A stretch of 52,626 bases of DNA from Candidatus Gottesmanbacteria bacterium (GCA_963714095.1 OY970230.1:334114-386739); one strand, 5' to 3'; positions 1-7,757 are shown, numbered from the stretch's first letter. Numbers and translations: made by a program. The notes: generated from the letters alone by a model not told the origin.

Positions 1-156
1 GTTTCGCTCTGCACGCAGTTTTTCCGACGTACCGATGAGCTCGCGGCGTTTATCATCAAGCGCCAACAACCCATCCCAGTCTACATCGCGGTTCTTATTT
101 TTCGCGGCTTCTTTACAAATCTCTAAATTATCGCGGATAAATTTTATATCGAGCAT
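1..156 (-). CDS. serS: seryl-tRNA synthetase, N-terminal fragment (gene runs off left edge)
   Basis: Not in the ORF track because there is no stop in the window. Minus-strand ATG at 156..154 reads MLDIKFIRDNLEICKEAAKNKNRDVDWDGLLALDDKRRELIGTSEKLRAERN, a typical SerRS N-terminal arm. The start overlaps the rdgB stop by 13 nt. Confidence 0.75.
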   Translation of the reverse strand, partial: MLDIKFIRDNLEICKEAAKNKNRDVDWDGLLALDDKRRELIGTSEKLRAERN

Positions 157-764
157 ACTTTCAGTTTAAGAATAGGTTTTAATATTTCCAAAGCCTTCTT
201 CCTATGATTATACGTTTCTGTCTCGGTTGCGGTCAATTCGTCGTGATTGTAATATTTATTAATTTCAGGCAGAAACAGAAGCGAGCGGTACGGAAACCCT
301 TTCCAACGGTTTTTGGATGCGACCCTGGGAATTATCCCCCTGACTTTTTCTTCAGACGTAAATACTTCGCCTCCCGGCAACACCAACGCCAACACAAGCC
401 GCAGCTGCGCCCCACGATTAGCGTCTGAAATATCCTTCATCCGGTCCAGCGTATATTGGATAAGTTCCTCATCAGAATCCTCACGGTCATCATGTATCCA
501 CCTGTGTGATTTCACTCCCGGCTCGCCATTTAGAGCATCAATCTCCAGCCCCCCGTCATCAGCAAGCGTCGGAAGCTTGGATTTTTCCGCGTAATATTTT
601 GCTTTAAGAATCGCGTTCTCCTGGAAATTTATCCCTGTCTCTTCGGGAAAAACGGTAATACCGACATCATTCAGTCCGACAAGCGTCACGGGGAGGTCCG
701 ACAAAAAACTTTTTATTTCTGCCAACTTTCCGGGATTAGTGGTCGCGATAAGGAGCTTATTCAT
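144..764 (-). CDS. rdgB: RdgB/HAM1-family non-canonical purine NTP pyrophosphatase
   Basis: 206 aa. N-terminus LLIATTNPGKLAEIKSFL and DDGGLEIDALNGEPGV are typical of dITP/XTP pyrophosphatases. Confidence 0.9.
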   Translation of the reverse strand: MNKLLIATTNPGKLAEIKSFLSDLPVTLVGLNDVGITVFPEETGINFQENAILKAKYYAEKSKLPTLADDGGLEIDALNGEPGVKSHRWIHDDREDSDEELIQYTLDRMKDISDANRGAQLRLVLALVLPGGEVFTSEEKVRGIIPRVASKNRWKGFPYRSLLFLPEINKYYNHDELTATETETYNHRKKALEILKPILKLKVCSI

Positions 765-766
765 TC

Positions 767-2830
767 TTACATTCCCAGTTTCTCATGAATCCCCTGCAGA
801 GCTTTGAGCCCCAGTGCCAGAAACTCATCAATGGATAATCCGATCTGTTCACATTCCAGAATAATTTCTCTCCTGCAGTTTGCAGCAAATTTTTTAGTGT
901 TAAATTTCTTTTTTAATGATTCCGGTTTAAGGCTCAGTAATTTTTTATCCGGCTGGATGAGAGCCGAGGCGATAATTAATCCTGTTAATGTTTCTGCCGC
1001 GGCAAGCGCATGCTGCACGCGACCCTGACGCAATTTTCCTTTCAATGACTCAATTTGCCCAAATCCGTGAGATTGTATAGTTTCAACAAGATAATCACTC
1101 GCGCCGTTTTTCTTCAAAATTTCAACACATTTGATACAGTGTTTTTTGGTATCGGTTTTCGTTAATTCCCAATCAATATCGTGCAAAAGACCGATAATCC
1201 CCCATTCTTCCTCATTTTCACCAAAACGCTTCGCGAGCGCGCGCATAATCGCTTCTGATTCTTTACAATGCATGCGGGTTACGGGGTCTTTAATATATTC
1301 CTCCAATACGTTATTCGCTTTCCCGTAGGTAATTCCCAAGGACTGATGGCCTTCCAGCTTTTCTGATTTTACCGTAACGTTTTCCGGTTTAAGTGTCGGG
1401 AATAAAATAACGTCTTTGATATTCGGCTGGTCCGTAAGTATCGCAACAAGGCGGTCAATTCCCATTCCCCATCCTGCGGTCGGAGGCATGCCGTACTCAA
1501 GCGCCCTAATATAATCCTCATCAAATGCCTCGTGTTCGCTTTGTCCCTGTATCCCGAGCTTTTCGGACTCATGCCAACGTTTTGCCTGATCTTCCGGATC
1601 ATTCAGTTCGTTATAGGCATTAATAATTTCCTTACCGGCAACCAAAAGCTGGAACGATGCGGTTTTAGTAGGATCGGCAGGAAGCCGCTTGGCGAGCGCC
1701 ACAAATGCGGTCGGCCGGTCGGTTACATACAGGGGACCAAGTAATTGCGGACGCGCTGTTGCCTTATACAGCGTATCCAAAAGCGCTCCGTACCCGACAG
1801 CACCGGTCAAATCAAGTGTAATTTTTTTCGCTTTAATTTCCGCCAGTAATTTTTTCTCATCATTGGCTTTATTAATGTCTACGCCAGAATATTCCAATAC
1901 GACGTCACGGTACCGTACCCGCGGCCAGGGCGGCGTAAAATTCAGTTCCGTTCCCTGATAGGTAAATTTATATGATCCTTTAAGCTCTTTTACGAGACTG
2001 GCTATCATCGTCTCCGTATATTTCATAAGGTCATCATAATTGGCGTATGCCCAATAAAACTCCAGCATCGTAAACTCGGGATTGTGCTGCCGGTCTATGC
2101 CTTCGTTGCGGAAATCGCGTCCTATTTCATAGACACGGTCAAATCCGCCGACGATGAGCCGCTTGAGGTACAATTCATCGGAAATCCGAAGATACAAATC
2201 AACATCCAGCGCGTTATGGTGTGTGACAAAGGGTTTCGCCTGCGCACCGCCGTAAATAGGCTGCAATACCGGTGTATCCACTTCGATAAATCCGTCTCCG
2301 TCCAAAAACGCGCGCAAAAACGTGACGACTTTGCTCCGCGTGAGAAAAATATCGCGTACATCGGGGTTCACTGCCAAATCCACATACCGCTGACGGTAGC
2401 GCTCCTCAATATCCTTGAGCCCGCTCCACTCACTTGGCAAGGGCCGGACGGCTTTGGAAATGATCTGAAAATTTTTTGCGAAGACCGAACGTTCACCTGC
2501 CTGAGTATTTCCTACCTCCCCCTGTACGGCGAGAAAATCCCCGAGATCCATGCAGGTAGTCAGTGCAAACGCTTTTGCGCTGCACACATCGGACTTGAGT
2601 ACTACCTGAATTTTGCCGGTCCCGTCAATAAGATCCAAAAAGAAAATCTTCCCGTGTCCGCGCACTCCCATCACCCGACCCGCGACTGCCGCGTCTTTCC
2701 CGGTTAACCCGCGCGCTTTGGCAATGGTATATTTTCGTGTTATTGTGCCGGGGTACGGATCCACGCCGGCACCCCGAAGTTTCGCAAGCTTGGTTAACCG
2801 CATCTTCTTAAGATAATCGATAGTGGCCAT
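767..2830 (-). CDS. lysS: class II lysyl-tRNA synthetase fused to a C-terminal HD-type phosphohydrolase domain
   Basis: 687 aa. The first ~480 aa carry the OB-fold and class II core (RVMGVRGHGKIFFLDL, EIGRDFRNEGID, GWGMGIDRLV). The last ~205 aa carry an HD module (RMHCKESEAIMRALA, GLLHDIDWE, TGLIIASALIQPDKK). Confidence 0.9.
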   Translation of the reverse strand: MATIDYLKKMRLTKLAKLRGAGVDPYPGTITRKYTIAKARGLTGKDAAVAGRVMGVRGHGKIFFLDLIDGTGKIQVVLKSDVCSAKAFALTTCMDLGDFLAVQGEVGNTQAGERSVFAKNFQIISKAVRPLPSEWSGLKDIEERYRQRYVDLAVNPDVRDIFLTRSKVVTFLRAFLDGDGFIEVDTPVLQPIYGGAQAKPFVTHHNALDVDLYLRISDELYLKRLIVGGFDRVYEIGRDFRNEGIDRQHNPEFTMLEFYWAYANYDDLMKYTETMIASLVKELKGSYKFTYQGTELNFTPPWPRVRYRDVVLEYSGVDINKANDEKKLLAEIKAKKITLDLTGAVGYGALLDTLYKATARPQLLGPLYVTDRPTAFVALAKRLPADPTKTASFQLLVAGKEIINAYNELNDPEDQAKRWHESEKLGIQGQSEHEAFDEDYIRALEYGMPPTAGWGMGIDRLVAILTDQPNIKDVILFPTLKPENVTVKSEKLEGHQSLGITYGKANNVLEEYIKDPVTRMHCKESEAIMRALAKRFGENEEEWGIIGLLHDIDWELTKTDTKKHCIKCVEILKKNGASDYLVETIQSHGFGQIESLKGKLRQGRVQHALAAAETLTGLIIASALIQPDKKLLSLKPESLKKKFNTKKFAANCRREIILECEQIGLSIDEFLALGLKALQGIHEKLGM

Positions 2831-2836
2831 GGTTCT

Positions 2837-2865
2837 ATTATCCTATATTGACCGCATTCATTCAA
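2837..2865 (-). promoter_or_regulatory. sigma70-like promoter giving a leaderless lysS mRNA (TTGAAT-17-GATAAT-6-ATG)
   Basis: Minus-strand read: TTGAAT (2865..2860), 17-nt spacer, GATAAT (2842..2837), then 6 nt to the ATG at 2830. There is no SD. Confidence 0.45.
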
Positions 2866-3867
2866 TTATCCTAAAAATCCACTGACAAATGTTCGGGCGA
2901 TATCCCCGATAGTCCCGACGTTATACCCGCCTTCCTGAATCAAAACGGTCGGAATATTACATTTAGATATAAGAGAGGCAATCCGCCGAAAATAGTTAGT
3001 TGAAAGCTTTAATCTTCCAATCGGATCCGATTCGTGTGCATCAAATCCGACCGAAACAACCAAATAATTTGGGGCAAACTCATAAATTCGGGTCAACGCA
3101 GCAGACAACACAATGTCATACACCCTGTCTTTTGTGCCAAGCGGCACCGGTAAATTGACGGTATACCCGATTCCTACCCCACGACCACATTCTTCTTCCC
3201 TCCCTGTAAAATATGGAAACAGCTCATCAGGATTCCCGTGGATACTCACGAAAAGTACGTCGCGGCGGGAATAAAAAATCTCCTGTGTACCATTCCCGTG
3301 ATGTACATCTATATCCAAAATCGCCACCTTCCCTCTGGTGCTTAAATAATTCGCAGCAATCGCGGCGTTATTAAAATAACAATATCCGCCCATGCGTCCC
3401 CGCAGCGCATGGTGCCCCGGCGGCCGACACAGTGCATACGCCACCCGCTCACCGCGCCGGACCAATGAGGCAGCAGTAAGTGCTGCCATTGCCGAACCGC
3501 GGGCGGCTTCATAGGTGGTACTTGAAACCGGCGTGTACATATCAAAACTATATTGTCCGCGAAGACCCACGTCCTGCTTCGTGTATTGATCTGCAGCATA
3601 CGGGAAAACCGACGGGTACACATAGTGATTCCCTGCCCGTCTTCCCGCTTCGGCAAGATAATTAATATACGAAATGTCATGGACCTGATCAATCCACGAA
3701 CGGGGAAACCGGCGGGGAAGGACAACTTTTATCCCGTTCAATTGCTCCAGAGATGCCTTTATGCATTCTATCCTTTCCGGTACTTCCGCATGCGCATCGC
3801 GATCCCCGTTCACAATTTCATTCGGCGGCCGGTGCCTGACATGATAGGAGGGGTAAACAACAATCAT
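2866..3867 (-). CDS. histone deacetylase-family (arginase/deacetylase superfamily) amidohydrolase, AcuC/acetylpolyamine-type
   Basis: 333 aa. Contains RPPGHHA, CYFNNAAIAA and DIDVHHGNGTQEIFY, the classical HDAC zinc and active-site motifs. Confidence 0.85.
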   Translation of the reverse strand: MIVVYPSYHVRHRPPNEIVNGDRDAHAEVPERIECIKASLEQLNGIKVVLPRRFPRSWIDQVHDISYINYLAEAGRRAGNHYVYPSVFPYAADQYTKQDVGLRGQYSFDMYTPVSSTTYEAARGSAMAALTAASLVRRGERVAYALCRPPGHHALRGRMGGYCYFNNAAIAANYLSTRGKVAILDIDVHHGNGTQEIFYSRRDVLFVSIHGNPDELFPYFTGREEECGRGVGIGYTVNLPVPLGTKDRVYDIVLSAALTRIYEFAPNYLVVSVGFDAHESDPIGRLKLSTNYFRRIASLISKCNIPTVLIQEGGYNVGTIGDIARTFVSGFLG

Positions 3868-4970
3868 ACTTCCCTCCCTAAAATTTGACTGCGCTGTTCC
3901 GAAGAATAGTAATCCCGCACACTATCCGACGAAATATACATCATCGTAAAATCCCGGAGTCGTTCCGACCGCAACCCGTCACCAACAGCGACATTTTGCC
4001 GCAGCACCTGTGACACCAGAAAAGATGCTATTTTTCTATCCGCCACGATCATCCCTGAATTATGCCCGTTACGATCCGCCCTACTTGTAAAATTTGTCTC
4101 TGCGACAATAATTGGAGGACGTTCTAAAAATGCCAAATCTGTGAGTACCTGTGCGTGCACGTGTGACGGAGCTCCTGATCCTAATCCGAGACCTTCCCAT
4201 CCCCGCCGGACACACCATTCCGTACTTTCAATAATCGACTGATTATCTCCGCGGTGAAACGGGAGATCTAATCGTTCCGCCATTGCAAGAGCAACAACAT
4301 TATTCAAATCTGTAATTGCTGTGAACCATACTGATCGTCTTTTCGGCGATAAACTCTTCTGTTCTTGTAACCGTCCTCTTAAAGCGCCTATATCTTCTTC
4401 GGACCATTCGAAAATCGGATGCCAAAGCGAATATACCTGCGTCAAATCGATGTTATCTAAATTATCGACGAACCGATATCCTTGTTGACGCAATACATCT
4501 ACCCTTTCTGATGGAGATAACTGTGACGGGTGCTCATATACAGTTTCCCTCTCTATGACACTCACGGGATCAATTGTTTGTTCACGGTGGTTATTTATCC
4601 CCCACATCGCCATAACGATAGGAGATCCTTGATATTCACCCACGGGAATAACTGCCTCTATAGTATTCTGAAGGGTCTGTGAGCGTCGCATCGCCTCTGC
4701 AAACTGGGGTACGGTCATCATGATTCTCCCGACAATCCGCCGGTGCCTGTCCCTTTCTTCAAAACCCTCATCTTGTTCGACATGCGCCGCTGCCCAAGGA
4801 ACCATACGCGTCACAAAATAATCGACATTTCCCAGAAGTTCCCGGGCGTTATAATACAAACGCTCATAACTTCTTCGCCCCAAACCCAAAATCCCCGCGC
4901 CTGGCTGCATCGGCTGCTCGGTATTTTCTATTTGTATTATCGGGACGACCCGTTGTTCAATAAGTGTCAT
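3864..4970 (-). CDS. hypothetical protein; C-terminal half has a weak GNAT-acetyltransferase-like layout
   Basis: 368 aa. Strong SD (AAGGAGG, 4 nt before the ATG at 4970). The stop overlaps the HDAC start (ATGA). The segment VWFTAI..VALAMAE..IIESTEWCVRRGWEGLGLGSG resembles GNAT beta4/motif A, but this was not verified. Confidence 0.6.
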   Translation of the reverse strand: MTLIEQRVVPIIQIENTEQPMQPGAGILGLGRRSYERLYYNARELLGNVDYFVTRMVPWAAAHVEQDEGFEERDRHRRIVGRIMMTVPQFAEAMRRSQTLQNTIEAVIPVGEYQGSPIVMAMWGINNHREQTIDPVSVIERETVYEHPSQLSPSERVDVLRQQGYRFVDNLDNIDLTQVYSLWHPIFEWSEEDIGALRGRLQEQKSLSPKRRSVWFTAITDLNNVVALAMAERLDLPFHRGDNQSIIESTEWCVRRGWEGLGLGSGAPSHVHAQVLTDLAFLERPPIIVAETNFTSRADRNGHNSGMIVADRKIASFLVSQVLRQNVAVGDGLRSERLRDFTMMYISSDSVRDYYSSEQRSQILGREV

Positions 4971-4988
4971 ATATCCTCCTTTTTCCCA

Positions 4989-5014
4989 CGAAAAAACCCC
5001 TCCGGAGAGGGGTT
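4989..5014 (-). terminator. intrinsic terminator hairpin plus T-tract, about 20 nt upstream of the 4970 start codon
   Basis: Minus-strand read: aaCCCCTC-tccg-GAGGGGtt followed by TTTT (six consecutive T including the stem end). The stem is 8 bp (4995..5002 paired with 5007..5014). Confidence 0.6.
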
Positions 5015-5037
5015 CTGTGGAAAATAAAATTAATTGT

Positions 5038-5115
5038 TTACATTACGCCACAAGCACCTCTCCCGGTTAGGGATTGTTTCTTTGCTTTTTTGCTGATGAA
5101 ACAATAGGTACTCAT
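5038..5115 (-). CDS. possible 25-codon leader ORF (MSTYCFISKKAKKQSLTGRGACGVM)
   Basis: Below the ORF-track size cut-off. AGGAG lies 9 nt upstream of the ATG at 5115. It sits between a TTGACA-17-TATATG promoter and the terminator at 4989..5014. Confidence 0.3.
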   Translation of the reverse strand: MSTYCFISKKAKKQSLTGRGACGVM

Positions 5116-5130
5116 AGATATAAGCTCCTA

Positions 5131-5159
5131 CATATACACGTTGTTTTATATTCTGTCAA
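5131..5159 (-). promoter_or_regulatory. sigma70-like promoter (TTGACA-17-TATATG) downstream of the greA stop
   Basis: Minus-strand read: TTGACA at 5159..5154, 17-nt spacer, TATATG at 5136..5131. Confidence 0.4.
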
Positions 5160-5176
5160 TAGCCCAATCGAAAACT

Positions 5177-5644
5177 TTATTCAATTCCCAGAATCTTATA
5201 GATGACTTTGCCCGCCGGCGCTTCAACTTCCACACGGTCGCCGACTTTTTTGCCCATAAGAGCTTTCCCGAGCGGCGATTCGTGGGAAATCTTTTTCTGT
5301 TTCGGATCTGCTTCCCATTCACCGACCAGCATAAATTCATCCCTTTTGCCGTTGATATGCAAAATGACTTTGCATCCCACGTCTACCTGGGTTTTCTGGT
5401 GATTACCGGAGATGAGCTTAGCGCCGTGAATAATTTCCTCGAGTTCCAGAATTCTGCCGTCTATGAAAGAAAGGTCCTGTTTGGCTGCCGCGTACTCACT
5501 GTTTTCCGACAAATCCCCCAGCTCGCGGGCGTCGGAAAGGCGCTGCACCGCTTCGGGTCGCTTTACATCGAAAAGCTCTTTATACTCGCGCTTGAGCTCA
5601 ACGAGGCCATCTTTTGTCAGTAACACTTTATTATTCGGATCCAT
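5177..5644 (-). CDS. greA: transcription elongation factor GreA
   Basis: 155 aa. LTKDGLVELKREYKEL, ARELGDLSENSEYAAAK and the C-terminal FKBP-like domain are typical of GreA. Confidence 0.95.
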   Translation of the reverse strand: MDPNNKVLLTKDGLVELKREYKELFDVKRPEAVQRLSDARELGDLSENSEYAAAKQDLSFIDGRILELEEIIHGAKLISGNHQKTQVDVGCKVILHINGKRDEFMLVGEWEADPKQKKISHESPLGKALMGKKVGDRVEVEAPAGKVIYKILGIE

Positions 5645-5653
5645 AGGTGAGCT

Positions 5654-5690
5654 AAAAAAAACCTCCCTACAATCAATAGGATATAGGGAG
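5654..5690 (-). terminator. terminator-like hairpin plus U8 inside the greA 5' leader
   Basis: Minus-strand read: CTCCCTA-14 nt-TAGGGAG, then G, then TTTTTTTT, ending 9 nt before the greA ATG (5644). Confidence 0.45.
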
Positions 5691-5710
5691 CGACTAATAA
5701 ATACTGAGAA

Positions 5711-5739
5711 ATTGTATCGGATTTGTGTTGCTATGTCAA
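5711..5739 (-). promoter_or_regulatory. greA promoter, TTGACA-17-TACAAT
   Basis: Minus-strand read: TTGACA at 5739..5734, 17-nt spacer, TACAAT at 5716..5711. Near-consensus. Confidence 0.55.
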
Positions 5740-5756
5740 GACTAAGCTGGTAAAAT
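5728..5756 (+). promoter_or_regulatory. tRNA-Glu promoter, TTGCTA-17-TAAAAT
   Basis: TTGCTA at 5728..5733, 17-nt spacer, TAAAAT at 5751..5756, 11 nt before the tRNA 5' end. Its -35 abuts the divergent greA -35. Confidence 0.45.
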
Positions 5757-5767
5757 TAGCTTCAGTA

Positions 5768-5839
5768 GCCGCGTTCGTATAACGGTTAGTACGGTAGATT
5801 CTCAATCTATCAACAAGGGTCCGACTCCCTTACGCGGTA
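5768..5839 (+). tRNA. tRNA-Glu (anticodon CUC), no encoded CCA
   Basis: Hand-folded cloverleaf. Acceptor GCCGCGT/ACGCGGT (G1:U72). D-arm GTAT-AACGGTTA-GTAC. Anticodon arm GTAGA-TTCTCAA-TCTAT. 4-nt variable loop. T-arm AAGGG-TCCGACT-CCCTT. Discriminator A. Confidence 0.8.
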
Positions 5840-6201
5840 CTTTCATTAGGAAGCTCTTCTACCTTCAGAACTTTTGCAGCCCTATACCAGCCATCGTTAC
5901 ATTGAAACACGCGGTATTCAATTTCCAAACGGATTTTCTTCCCTGTTTTTGTATTACACAAAACTATCGTCGTCCCCTGCATTTTAATTAATTCTTCTGC
6001 CAGTTCGTTTCGATACGCTTCCGGATCAACACTTTTATCTAACGTGTCGTATGTATGAAGTTTTGAAAATTCATCAGCAGTATACCCCGCGGTATGAAGT
6101 ACTTTTTCGTTCGCCCACACAAAACTTTTGTCATACAAATCGATAACAAAATCTACCGTATCGAGATATTTTCTTGCCTCGGTAACGACCTGGTTATCCA
6201 T
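5830..6201 (-). CDS. small PAS-like domain protein
   Basis: I use the internal ATG at 6201 (MDNQVVTEARKYL...). The longer ORF-track start (6348) would overlap the degV start. The layout FVWANEKVLHTAGYTADEF...TKTGKKIRLEIEY is PAS-like. The 3' end overlaps the tRNA by 10 nt on the opposite strand. Confidence 0.55.
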   Translation of the reverse strand: MDNQVVTEARKYLDTVDFVIDLYDKSFVWANEKVLHTAGYTADEFSKLHTYDTLDKSVDPEAYRNELAEELIKMQGTTIVLCNTKTGKKIRLEIEYRVFQCNDGWYRAAKVLKVEELPNESTA

Positions 6202-6315
6202 ATATCCGGTAGTTACATTATATACACCCTTGTCAAACAAAATACTCCGGATTCTTGCCTTTTTAAAAAAATCCGCTACAATACATCGGTTCACCCTGTC
6301 CGTCTGCCTTAAACT

Positions 6316-7155
6316 ATGGCAACTACCGCAGAAGCACCACGAGTTCATGTCATCACCGATTCAACAAGCGATGTCCCCCCGCAGATGGCAAAAGACTGGG
6401 ATATAGACATTCTTCACGGGAGAATTATATTCGGGGAAACAACATATACAGACGGGATTGACATTTCCCCTCCGGAGTTCATCGACATGCTGAAAAAACC
6501 GCATCTTATCCTGAAAACCTCACAATGCACCCCGAAGGAATATACCGAAATTTTTAACGCTCATCCGGAACCGATTATTTCCGTCAATATAGCACGTAAA
6601 TTCAGCGGTTTCATAACGACAGGTCAGATGGCGGCAAAAGAGCTGGGACGGTTCGATATCAGCTTCTTTGATTCCGGAAACGCTTCGCTGGGAAGCGGCC
6701 TATTGGCTCTTGCCGCAGCCAGGTGGGCGCGTGAGGGATTAACACCACTCGATATTATGAAAAAACTCGAAGACATGAAAAGGCGGACGACTGTCTATGC
6801 GCTGGCCGATGTGCTGGAATACCTTCGTGAAAGCGGAAGAATCAGTCCGGCTGAATTAGCTTTTGGCAACATATTAAATATTAAACCGATTCTCCGGCTG
6901 AAAGACGGAGAAGCTCACTCGTACGCTAAAGCCAGAACTAGTAGTAAGGGCATAGATATGCTCATCGAAAAAGTTATCGAGCATGAACCGTTTGAAGAAA
7001 TCGGGGTTATGCAGGCGGATAATGAAGCAGGAGCCCGGCGCGTGGCGGAAGCATTACAGCCATACGTTAAAAAACCAATTGTTGTTGCCGAACTCACCCC
7101 CACAGTAACAGCCCATCTCGGGCCAGGTATCGGAGTCGCATTTGTCACCGAGTAG
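6316..7155 (+). CDS. DegV-family fatty-acid-binding protein
   Basis: 279 aa. VHVITDSTSDVP at the N-terminus and LGPGIGVAF at the C-terminus are DegV hallmarks. Confidence 0.9.
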   Translation: MATTAEAPRVHVITDSTSDVPPQMAKDWDIDILHGRIIFGETTYTDGIDISPPEFIDMLKKPHLILKTSQCTPKEYTEIFNAHPEPIISVNIARKFSGFITTGQMAAKELGRFDISFFDSGNASLGSGLLALAAARWAREGLTPLDIMKKLEDMKRRTTVYALADVLEYLRESGRISPAELAFGNILNIKPILRLKDGEAHSYAKARTSSKGIDMLIEKVIEHEPFEEIGVMQADNEAGARRVAEALQPYVKKPIVVAELTPTVTAHLGPGIGVAFVTE

Positions 7156-7164
7156 ATTTGAAAT

Positions 7165-7407
7165 TTACCGCGCCAGCGCCGTATAGACGACGGCCAAATC
7201 CCAGCCTATGATGAGGAGGTTCACCACAAGCGTCATTGGGGCCAAACGGTTACTCCGTTTGAGTTTATAGGTAACCAGCGCAATCAGAATAATTGAAACA
7301 ATAATCCCGATGATTTTATACGTCACGGACATGGGAACAAAGCTCACGAGTATTGCGATAATCCATACCGCGATCGTCATCTGATTCTCCATATCACCAG
7401 TGTACAC
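7165..7407 (-). CDS. small membrane protein (2 TM helices), hypothetical
   Basis: 80 aa with two hydrophobic helices. The ORF-track start is GTG; an in-frame ATG at 7392 is an alternative start. Confidence 0.5.
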   Translation of the reverse strand: MYTGDMENQMTIAVWIIAILVSFVPMSVTYKIIGIIVSIILIALVTYKLKRSNRLAPMTLVVNLLIIGWDLAVVYTALAR

Positions 7408-7430
7408 GACTCTAGTAGAATATAGAATAT

Positions 7431-7733
7431 ATGGTTACCCTCAACGTAAAAATCCTCTCAGGCCTGTGGGAAAAATCAAAGGGACTTATCGGCGTACAGA
7501 AAATAGAACCTATTTTCTTAACCACGCGCTGGGGCATCCATACATTCGGAGTCCGTTCCCCTATCGATATCTTGATTTTGGATGACAAAAACCTGGTTGT
7601 TTCACTTCGCACCCTTCCTCCTAACCGCCTGTTTTTCTGGAACCCGGTCTATAAAAACGTCATCGAACTCCCCGCGGGAGACGTTAAGAATAAAGGTATT
7701 AAAGTCGGAGAAAAAATACAGTTGCACGGATAA
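7431..7733 (+). CDS. DUF192 (COG1430) family protein
   Basis: 100 aa. GLIGV...WGIHTFGVRSPIDILILD...VIELPAG matches the DUF192 pattern. Confidence 0.8.
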   Translation: MVTLNVKILSGLWEKSKGLIGVQKIEPIFLTTRWGIHTFGVRSPIDILILDDKNLVVSLRTLPPNRLFFWNPVYKNVIELPAGDVKNKGIKVGEKIQLHG

Positions 7734-7757
7734 ACAATGTAACTTCAATGAGGCTGA

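Noticed and set aside
2084-2707. 207-aa plus-strand ORF, plus several 60-130-aa ORFs, inside lysS
   Set aside because: They lie antisense to a confidently identified LysRS frame. They have no start-site signals and no recognisable motifs. These are typical shadow ORFs.
5141-5623. 160-aa plus-strand ORF covering greA
   Set aside because: It is antisense to the unmistakable GreA frame and is a shadow ORF.
5702-5708. Isolated TTCTCAG half-sites at the greA promoter (5702..5708, minus strand) and at 38441..38447, considered as extra response-regulator sites
   Set aside because: They are single 7-mers with no 11-bp phased partner and no fixed distance to a -10 box. This is compatible with chance.
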